Shown here: positions 55,544 through 61,925 of the stretch, piece after piece
Layout: each line of letters begins with the position of its first letter
Numbering within the stretch: the first letter of the stretch is position 1
Assembly (NCBI GenBank): GCA_045603505.1
Contig: JAZUMI010000006.1
Span: 1 to 61,925, forward strand
DNA length: 61,925 nucleotides
Reading direction: 5' to 3'
Origin: Acutalibacteraceae bacterium
GTDB taxonomy: Bacteria > Bacillota > Clostridia > Oscillospirales > Acutalibacteraceae
The notes under the pieces: generated by a model
Told to the model about the DNA's origin: nothing
The model's database searches: none
The model's input: only the letters and a program-made list of their open reading frames with translations
Program-made: the position numbers and the translations under genes

Positions 55544-57220
55544 TTAGAATAAACCGCTTATCTTTCCATTTTCATCAACATCAATTCGCTCTGCGGCGGG
55601 AACTTTAGGAAGCCCCGGCATAGTCATTATATCGCCTGTAAGGACAACTATAAAACCTGCTCCTGCCGAAATTTTAACCTTTTTAACGGTTACTGTAAAA
55701 TCTTCGGGTGCGCCGAGCTTTGTTGGGTCATCCGAAAAACTATACTGTGTTTTTGCAACACATATAGGGCATTTGCCATAACCAAGTTCTGTTAATCTAT
55801 CAATTTCCTTTTGAGCGGCAGGAAGTACGTTTACACCAATACCTCTATATACCTTTTTAACAACCGCTTCAATTTTTTCATTTATAGTTAAATCATCGTT
55901 ATAACTAAAGGTGAAGTCGCCCTTTTCTTCATCACAAAGTCTTACAACTTCGCGAGCAAGGTCTTCTCCTCCCTTTCCACCTTCTGCCCAAACATTAGAA
56001 AGAACAACATTAACACCAAGATTTTTGCATTCTTCGATTATGCAATCAACTTCCGCATCAGTATCGGTTGGGAAACGATTAACTGCAACAACACAAGGAA
56101 GTTTGTAAACCTCTTTGATATTAGCAACGTGGCGAAGAAGATTAGGTATACCCTTCTTGAGTGCTTCAAGATTTTCTTCACCAAGCTGTGTTTTAGCAAG
56201 ACCACCGTGCATTTTAAGAGCGCGGATAGTTGCAACCATAACAACTGCATCAGGTGTAAGCCCTGCCATACGACATTTAATATCAAGGAATTTCTCAGCA
56301 CCAAGGTCAGCGCCAAAGCCTGCCTCGGTTACTGCATAATCGCCAAGCTTCATAGCAAGTTTAGTAGCAGTTACCGAGTTGCATCCGTGAGCTATATTAG
56401 CAAAAGGTCCACCATGAACAAATGCAGGGGTGCCTTCAAGTGTTTGAACAAGGTTTGGCTTGATTGCATCCTTTAATAGTGCAGTCATAGCACCTGCCGC
56501 CTTTAATTCGCCACATGTTACGGGCTTATCGTCTCTTGTGTAACCAACGATAATTCTTGAAAGTCTTTCCTTTAAATCGGTTATAGAATTTGCAAGGCAA
56601 AGAACTGCCATTATTTCACTTGCAACGGTAATATCAAAGCCATCCTCGCGAGGAACACCGTTTACTCTTCCGCCAAGTCCGTCTGTTATAAATCTTAACT
56701 GACGGTCATTCATATCAACGCAACGCTTCCAGGTAATTTTTCTAACATCAATATCGAGAGCATTACCCTGCTGAATATGGTTATCAAGCATAGCGGCAAG
56801 AAGATTGTTTGCTGCACCGATTGCGTGGAAGTCACCTGTGAAGTGAAGGTTTATATCCTCCATAGGAACAACCTGAGCGTATCCGCCACCTGCGGCACCG
56901 CCCTTAACACCGAAAACCGGTCCTAAAGAAGGTTCGCGAAGAGCAACAACAACGTTCTTACCTATTCTGCGAAGGCCATCCGCAAGTCCGATTGTTGTGG
57001 TTGTTTTACCCTCACCTGCGGGGGTCGGTGTAATAGCGGTTACAAGGATAAGTTTTCCGTTCTTACGGTCTGATTCCTTTAAAATTGCGGTATCAACCTT
57101 TGCCTTATAGTTGCCGTATTGCTCAACATATTTATCCTCAACACCTGCAACCTTTGCAATTTCTTTAATGTTTTTCATTTCGCACTGCTGTGCAATTTCA
57201 ATATCGGATAAATAAGCCAT
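55544..57220 (-). CDS. fhs: Formate--tetrahydrofolate ligase
   Basis: [17 protein letters not shown]-loop; 558 aa. Confidence 0.95.
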   Translation of the reverse strand: MAYLSDIEIAQQCEMKNIKEIAKVAGVEDKYVEQYGNYKAKVDTAILKESDRKNGKLILVTAITPTPAGEGKTTTTIGLADGLRRIGKNVVVALREPSLGPVFGVKGGAAGGGYAQVVPMEDINLHFTGDFHAIGAANNLLAAMLDNHIQQGNALDIDVRKITWKRCVDMNDRQLRFITDGLGGRVNGVPREDGFDITVASEIMAVLCLANSITDLKERLSRIIVGYTRDDKPVTCGELKAAGAMTALLKDAIKPNLVQTLEGTPAFVHGGPFANIAHGCNSVTATKLAMKLGDYAVTEAGFGADLGAEKFLDIKCRMAGLTPDAVVMVATIRALKMHGGLAKTQLGEENLEALKKGIPNLLRHVANIKEVYKLPCVVAVNRFPTDTDAEVDCIIEECKNLGVNVVLSNVWAEGGKGGEDLAREVVRLCDEEKGDFTFSYNDDLTINEKIEAVVKKVYRGIGVNVLPAAQKEIDRLTELGYGKCPICVAKTQYSFSDDPTKLGAPEDFTVTVKKVKISAGAGFIVVLTGDIMTMPGLPKVPAAERIDVDENGKISGLF

Positions 57221-57245
57221 TTTTTATTTCTCCTTAATATTTATT

Positions 57246-58481
57246 TTAGTAAATGGGGAACTTCTTGCAAAGCTCTTCAACTTCCCTTGAAACTCTTTCC
57301 TTATTAGCATCAAAGTCATCAATTATATCAGCAATCCAACCTGCGATTAACTTCATTTCGGCCTCTTTAAAGCCTCTTGTTGTTACTGCAGGTGTTCCAA
57401 TACGAAGACCACTTGTTACAAAAGGACTTTGTGGGTCATTAGGAATGGTGTTCTTATTTGCGGTAATATGAACTTCATCAAGTCTATGCTCAAGTTCCTT
57501 ACCTGTGATACCCTTATTAACAAGTTTTAAGAGCATAAGGTGGTTATCAGTTCCGCCCGAAACAAGTTCAATGCCTCTTGCCATAAGTTCCTCACTTAAA
57601 ACTGCGGCATTCTTAACAATTTGCTCCTGATATGCTTTAAACTCATCGGTTAAAGCCTCTCCGAGAGCAACTGCTTTTGCAGCGATTATATGCATTAAAG
57701 GTCCGCCCTGAGTGCCTGGGAAAACTGCCTTATCAATCTGTTTGCCAAGCTCTTCTTTGCAAAGTATCATACCGCCTCTTGGACCGCGTAAGGTCTTATG
57801 GGTTGTAGTTGTAACAACATCGGCATAAGGAACAGGTGACGGATGAACGCCTGCGGCAATAAGACCTGCAATATGCGCCATATCAACCATTAAGTATGCT
57901 CCAACCTCGTCGGCGATTTCGCGGCAACGCTTAAAGTCTATAGTTCTCGAATAAGCACTTGCACCAACAACGATGAGTTTTGGCTTGCATTCCTTTGCAA
58001 TTTTAAGCATTTCATCATAGTCGATAGTTTCGGTTTCATCATTAACACCATAAGGAACTATATTAAAATACTTACCAGAGATATTAACAGGTGAACCGTG
58101 AGAAAGGTGGCCACCCTGTTGAAGATTCATACCCATTACAGTGTCGCCAGGCTGCAATAGGGCAAAGAAAACGGCAAGGTTTGCATTGGCACCGCTATGT
58201 GGCTGAACGTTTGCATATTCAGCTCCAAAAAGCTTTTTAGCACGTTCACGTGCAATATCTTCAGCAATATCAACGCACTGGCATCCGCCATAGTAACGCT
58301 TACCGGGATACCCTTCCGCATATTTATTAGTAAGAACACCGCCTGCGGCTAATAAAACAGCCTTTGAAACAATGTTTTCTGATGCAATAAGTTCGATATT
58401 GTGCTGCTGACGCTCAAGCTCTAACTGACAAGCATTAGCAACCTCACTATCATAATTTTTTAGTTCCTCAAAAAAGTTCAT
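57246..58481 (-). CDS. glyA: Serine hydroxymethyltransferase
   Basis: [17 protein letters not shown]-lysine motif. Confidence 0.95.
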   Translation of the reverse strand: MNFFEELKNYDSEVANACQLELERQQHNIELIASENIVSKAVLLAAGGVLTNKYAEGYPGKRYYGGCQCVDIAEDIARERAKKLFGAEYANVQPHSGANANLAVFFALLQPGDTVMGMNLQQGGHLSHGSPVNISGKYFNIVPYGVNDETETIDYDEMLKIAKECKPKLIVVGASAYSRTIDFKRCREIADEVGAYLMVDMAHIAGLIAAGVHPSPVPYADVVTTTTHKTLRGPRGGMILCKEELGKQIDKAVFPGTQGGPLMHIIAAKAVALGEALTDEFKAYQEQIVKNAAVLSEELMARGIELVSGGTDNHLMLLKLVNKGITGKELEHRLDEVHITANKNTIPNDPQSPFVTSGLRIGTPAVTTRGFKEAEMKLIAGWIADIIDDFDANKERVSREVEELCKKFPIY

Positions 58482-58518
58482 TTTAGACCTCCAACTTTAA
58501 TAAACATTATTACTAAAA

Positions 58519-58547
58519 ATTATATCAAAAAAGCAATACTTTGTCAA
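58519..58547 (-). promoter_or_regulatory. Sigma-A promoter of glyA-fhs
   Basis: The minus strand reads TTGACA - 17 nt - TATAAT, with a ~40-nt leader and no riboswitch-sized 5' UTR. Confidence 0.7.
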
Positions 58548-58581
58548 TGTAAACAATTGATAGAAAAAGTATAAAAAAACC

Positions 58582-58610
58582 TTGACATTTTCGCAAATAT
58601 GCGATAATAT
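58582..58610 (+). promoter_or_regulatory. Sigma-A promoter of tRNA-Leu
   Basis: TTGACA - 17 nt - TAATAT, ending 9 nt before the tRNA 5' end. Confidence 0.7.
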
Positions 58611-58619
58611 ATATTGTAC

Positions 58620-58706
58620 GCCGATGTGGTGGAATAGGCAGACACAAGGGACTTAAAATCCCTCGGGGGCGACTCCGTACCGGTTCAAGTCCGGTCATCG
58701 GCACCA
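58620..58706 (+). tRNA. tRNA-Leu (anticodon UAA), class II with long variable arm, encoded CCA
   Basis: Folds by hand. Acceptor GCCGATG/CATCGGC; anticodon stem AGGGA/TCCCT with loop CTTAAAA; variable arm CGGGGGCGACTCCG; T arm ACCGG-TTCAAGT-CCGGT; discriminator A plus CCA. Confidence 0.9.
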
Positions 58707-58739
58707 AAAATCCCGTTCACGTAAGTGGGCGGGATTTTT
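58706..58739 (+). terminator. Rho-independent terminator after tRNA-Leu
   Basis: Long stem AAAATCCCGTTCAC/GTGGGCGGGATTTT (two G-U pairs) around a GTAA loop, followed by T's. Confidence 0.8.
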
Positions 58740-58829
58740 ACTTCTTACCTTTTCACTCTTCACTTTTCACTAATTTTTTGTGCGGGATTTTTGGAAATTA
58801 AGAAATAATAGTGAATAGTAAAGAGGTAT

Positions 58830-58858
58830 TGTGGCTTCGCCGCTTTTATGCTATAATA
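58830..58858 (+). promoter_or_regulatory. Candidate extended -10 promoter of the zinc-ribbon gene
   Basis: TTGTGG - 17 nt - TATAAT, with TG one base upstream of the -10 (TGCTATAAT). Confidence 0.5.
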
Positions 58859-58878
58859 CACCCAAGGACTGATATGCT

Positions 58879-59073
58879 ATGAAATGTCCGTATTGTCAAA
58901 AAGAAATGGAAGAAGGATATATTCCTTTTAATAGTCCTTTTGTTTTAAAATGGGTTTCTTTGATTAATAAGAAAAAGATTAGAATTTCAGATAAATTAAA
59001 ATGGTCTGAAGTAGCTAAAATCAAAAACGTATATTATTGCAATAACTGTAGTGTATTTATAAAGAAAATTTAG
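58879..59073 (+). CDS. Small zinc-ribbon protein (two CxxC pairs), function unknown
   Basis: MKCPYCQKEMEEGYI...YYCNNCSVFIKKI. 64 aa with its own promoter and a downstream hairpin. Confidence 0.6.
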   Translation: MKCPYCQKEMEEGYIPFNSPFVLKWVSLINKKKIRISDKLKWSEVAKIKNVYYCNNCSVFIKKI

Positions 59074-59139
59074 TGGACTTCTCAGATCCGAACAAACGAC
59101 TTTAATTGGGAAATGTATGGTTCGTCTTTTATATCAATA

Positions 59140-59164
59140 AAGCACCCACGAAAAGTGGGTGCTT
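59140..59164. terminator. Hairpin between convergent genes (weak T-tract)
   Basis: 10-bp stem AAGCACCCAC/GTGGGTGCTT with a 5-nt loop. Confidence 0.5.
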
Positions 59165-59217
59165 ATTCTTTAAAATATATTAAGTATGTCAATAACTGTT
59201 TCGAGATTTATCTAAAT

Positions 59218-59643
59218 TTAATCCTTATAGTCTCGCTCTCTCACTTTTCGTTTGTATGGGTCTTTCATAGATTTTTTCCCTGAAAACTTACGCAAGATTA
59301 AGCCAAGAGAAAATCCTATTACACAAATAATGAAGTACCACAATGTTTGTACAAGGGCTGATTCATTATAATAAATAAAAACTGATGGTATAAAAAGCAC
59401 CGGTGTTATTATAGGATATAAAAATCTGATATTTTTATGTAAAAACATCGGCGACATAAGTGAAACTGCAAAGGTGCACAAAATGATTAAAAACACTATC
59501 ATTACTTTGTCGAACTCACCTGAAAACAATGGAAATAGATAGAACACCGCTATTTGCACTAAAAATAATGTTATATCGGCACTGTATTTATCAAAAAACT
59601 TTTCAATTTTTTTGCGGTTTTGGCTTTTTTCTTTTCTACGCAT
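59218..59643 (-). CDS. Hypothetical integral membrane protein (about 4 TM)
   Basis: Basic N- and C-termini flank four hydrophobic segments. No recognised family. Confidence 0.5.
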   Translation of the reverse strand: MRRKEKSQNRKKIEKFFDKYSADITLFLVQIAVFYLFPLFSGEFDKVMIVFLIILCTFAVSLMSPMFLHKNIRFLYPIITPVLFIPSVFIYYNESALVQTLWYFIICVIGFSLGLILRKFSGKKSMKDPYKRKVRERDYKD

Positions 59644-59716
59644 TTCTTTCTCCCGAAAATAGACTAACTCTCATGATTATACCACTTTTAAAGACTCATT
59701 TCAAGGGAAATCAGTC

Positions 59717-59757
59717 GAAAAAAATACCCAAACTTTATTTTAAAAGTTTGGGTATTT
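59717..59757 (-). terminator. Rho-independent terminator after the TIM-barrel gene
   Basis: 12-bp stem ATACCCAAACTT/AAGTTTGGGTAT followed by TTTTTTT on the minus strand. Confidence 0.8.
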
Positions 59758-59761
59758 TATT

Positions 59762-60619
59762 TTATTCCCACATACCAAGATTTTCTTTTTGTCTACCTAT
59801 AACTGTTAGTGGCTCATTGTTAAATATTTCGTTCGCATTTCTAACAAAGTCATCAAATGTAAGGTCACGGTCACGGAGAATGGTTCTCGGGCACTTGAGT
59901 CCTATTTCATACAACCAAATACCCTTATATCCGCCATCAACCAAGCCCTTGTAAACGTTTTGCCAATTAATCTTACCTTCGCCACAAAGCCAGTGCCTTT
60001 CATTCACAAAATCATAATCGGAAATATGAACTGTTGCAATTTTGCCGGCACACTTTTCAAGGAAGTTTTCATTAGTATCTCCGAGCAAATGATTTGTATC
60101 AAAACAAATACGAAGTCGCTCATCGGCACTTATTATTCTTAAAATTTCATCGGAAGTATTGCAAAGGCAGCTCCTCGGCAAATCTTCAACCGCGATAATC
60201 GCACCGCATTTATCGGCAACCTCGGCGAGATATGATAGAGATTGCATAGACCTTTTAATCTCTTCTTCTCTTGCCCCACCCTCGCTCTTTGGCTCACTGC
60301 TTGGATGCGCAACAAACTTATCTATACCGATATCAGCAGCCTTTTTGATACATTCGCACCAATAATCAACCGATTTCTGTCTTAATTCTTCATTCATTGA
60401 AGCAATATCAAACTCATTGACGGTTGAGAATGGCAAATGATATGACCAAATATTTACACCGTGCGTATCGGAAAGTCTTTTAAGTTCCTTATAATCAAGA
60501 TGCGGATATTCTTCATATTTTGGAGAAATCTCAACGTTCTTAATACCGCTCTTTGCAAGAGCTGAAAAGCTTTCATTATTATATAAATCTACACCGATAG
60601 ATAGGCCAACATCAAACAC
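59762..60619 (-). CDS. Sugar phosphate isomerase/epimerase family protein (xylose-isomerase-like TIM barrel)
   Basis: 285 aa; FVAHPS, VEDLP and HISDY patterns typical of the family. 18 nt downstream of glnA. Confidence 0.55.
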   Translation of the reverse strand: MFDVGLSIGVDLYNNESFSALAKSGIKNVEISPKYEEYPHLDYKELKRLSDTHGVNIWSYHLPFSTVNEFDIASMNEELRQKSVDYWCECIKKAADIGIDKFVAHPSSEPKSEGGAREEEIKRSMQSLSYLAEVADKCGAIIAVEDLPRSCLCNTSDEILRIISADERLRICFDTNHLLGDTNENFLEKCAGKIATVHISDYDFVNERHWLCGEGKINWQNVYKGLVDGGYKGIWLYEIGLKCPRTILRDRDLTFDDFVRNANEIFNNEPLTVIGRQKENLGMWE

Positions 60620-60637
60620 AAAAAGGCCCCCTAATTA

Positions 60638-61925
60638 TTAAAGATTATAATACTTATCATACTCAGCGGGGTGTGGAATAGCAGCAAGTTGACTGCATTC
60701 TTCACGCTTTGCCTTAATAAAGTTCTTTATTAACTCTTCGGGGAAAACTCCTCCTGCAGTTAAATAGTCGTGGTCAGCCTCGAGTGCATCGAGTGCTTCG
60801 GGAAGTGAAGTTGGAAGTCCCTGAAGCTTAGCCTTTTCTTCCTCAGGCAAGTGATAAAGGTTCATATCATACGGACCCCAACCATTCTCGTGTGGGTCAA
60901 TCTTGTTCTTTATACCGTCAAGACCTGCCATAAGAATAGCGGCATAGCAGAAGTAAGGATTACATGTTGCATCGGGGTTACGAAGCTCAAAACGACGCTT
61001 TTCAGGTGTTTTAGCATAAGCGGGTATACGAATAACTGCACTACGGTTTGATGTTGCATAACCAACTGTAACCGGTGCTTCAAAGCCGGGCACCAAACGT
61101 TTGAACGAGTTTGTGCTTGGGTTAGTGAGTGCACAAAGCGAATGAATGTGTTTAAGCAACCCACCCATAAAGTAGTGGGCTTCCTTGCTCAAATGAGCAT
61201 AACCTTCGTCATCCGCGAAAACAGGCTTACCATCTTTAAGCAGAAGCATATGAACGTGCATACCGCTTCCTGCCTCGCCGTAGATAGGCTTCGGCATAAA
61301 TGTTGCTGATTTACCATATTTAAGTGCGGTATTATGAATTATGTATTTAATCATCATTGTAGCATCAGCCATTGTTGACATTTTGCCAAGCTGTGGCTCG
61401 ATTTCAAACTGACCGGATGCCGCAACCTCAGGGTGATGATAGTTAATATCGATACCTGCATCACGCATATGCATACACATTTCACTTCTGCATTCAAATG
61501 AAACATCGAATGGCTTTGCAGTGTGGTATGCCTTTTGCTTGGGAACTATAACACCGAGTCCCTCATTTGCACTGTTCCAATATGACTGGGTAGCATCTAT
61601 CATAGCACTTATACTGTTTGGCTGAACTTCCCAACCAACCTGGTCGAAAAGATAGAACTCAAATTCAGGAAGAATTAGCATTGTATCGGCAACACCGCTA
61701 TCCTGCATATACTTTTCAGCTGCAAGAACAATATTGCGGGGATACTGAGCAAGGGGACGGTTTTCAGGGCTATCTATAATCATGGCATTACCTGTCATAG
61801 AAAGGGTTGGAATTGAGCAGAACGGGTCAATAACCGCAGTATCGGGGTCGGGTATAAACACCATATCGCTCTTCTCAACCACTGCATATCCATAGTTTGA
61901 AGCGTCAAAACCTATACCGCTTATT
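60638..61925 (-). CDS. glnA: Glutamine synthetase type I, N-terminus truncated by the window edge
   Basis: GSGMHVHM, NPSTNSFKRLVPGFEAP and RIPAYAKTPEKRRFELRNPD motifs. The reading frame stays open to nt 61925 (…ISGIGFDASNYGYAVVEKSD…). Confidence 0.9.
   Translation of the reverse strand, partial: ISGIGFDASNYGYAVVEKSDMVFIPDPDTAVIDPFCSIPTLSMTGNAMIIDSPENRPLAQYPRNIVLAAEKYMQDSGVADTMLILPEFEFYLFDQVGWEVQPNSISAMIDATQSYWNSANEGLGVIVPKQKAYHTAKPFDVSFECRSEMCMHMRDAGIDINYHHPEVAASGQFEIEPQLGKMSTMADATMMIKYIIHNTALKYGKSATFMPKPIYGEAGSGMHVHMLLLKDGKPVFADDEGYAHLSKEAHYFMGGLLKHIHSLCALTNPSTNSFKRLVPGFEAPVTVGYATSNRSAVIRIPAYAKTPEKRRFELRNPDATCNPYFCYAAILMAGLDGIKNKIDPHENGWGPYDMNLYHLPEEEKAKLQGLPTSLPEALDALEADHDYLTAGGVFPEELIKNFIKAKREECSQLAAIPHPAEYDKYYNL

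Noticed and set aside
59529-59954. 141-aa plus-strand ORF
   Set aside because: It overlaps the 5' end of the membrane-protein gene, a terminator and the 3' end of the TIM-barrel gene on the opposite strand, so it is unlikely to be real.
1-61925. CRISPR arrays, prophage or integrase genes, toxin-antitoxin pairs, restriction-modification or other recognisable defence modules
   Set aside because: No spaced direct-repeat array was seen, and no integrase or recombinase other than the IS3 fragment. No ORF shows hallmark defence-system motifs. The only nuclease/ATPase pair is the conserved YhaO/YhaN-type repair module.

Overview
This is a gene-dense segment of a low-GC, spore-forming Firmicutes (Clostridia-like) chromosome, mostly transcribed on the minus strand. 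All calls rest on motifs read by eye in the supplied translations and in the DNA; no search tools were used.

Layout:
- 1-14.2 kb: an accessory cell-surface polymer locus bounded on the left by a truncated IS3-family transposase. It holds an ABC importer (binding lipoprotein, ATPase, duplicated permease), two paralogous wHTH::LicC cytidylyltransferase fusions, a cytoplasmic zinc-phospholipase-C-like protein, two LicD phosphotransferases, a Stealth hexose-1-phosphate transferase, Wzx, Wzy, a small phosphoglycosyl transferase and a NeuD/PglD-like acyltransferase.
- 14.3-22.5 kb: an orphan FGGY (rhamnulokinase-like) kinase, an FkbM methyltransferase, an AraC-controlled PIG-L deacetylase / NagB-like / PfkB kinase amino-sugar cluster, and an ABC exporter.
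- 22.5-39.7 kb: a housekeeping block syntenic with the B. subtilis ylo region: spoVM (a micro-ORF missing from the ORF track), rsgA, prkC, stp, rlmN, rsmB, fmt, def, priA, rpoZ, gmk, remA, yicC-family, then an M18 aminopeptidase, coaE, tsaC, prfA and a DUF951 gene.
- 39.8-48.1 kb: a YhaO/YhaN-like nuclease plus Rad50-like ATPase, a Wzz / BY-kinase / PHP-phosphatase module, pgeF and malQ.
- 48.1-61.9 kb: a GtrB-like GT2, rplJ-rplL with an L10-leader-like attenuator, rqcH, trmK, yhaM, a secreted acidic-repeat protein, fhs-glyA, tRNA-Leu(UAA), small genes, two TIM-barrel isomerases and a 5'-truncated glnA.

No CRISPR array, prophage or recognisable defence system was seen.

The most interesting candidate is the left-hand locus. 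It looks like a Wzx/Wzy-dependent polymer pathway built only from phosphotransferases, with no Leloir glycosyltransferase. It is fed by a LicC/LicD module that lacks LicA and LicB and instead carries an ABC importer, a phospholipase-C-like enzyme and HTH-fused cytidylyltransferases.
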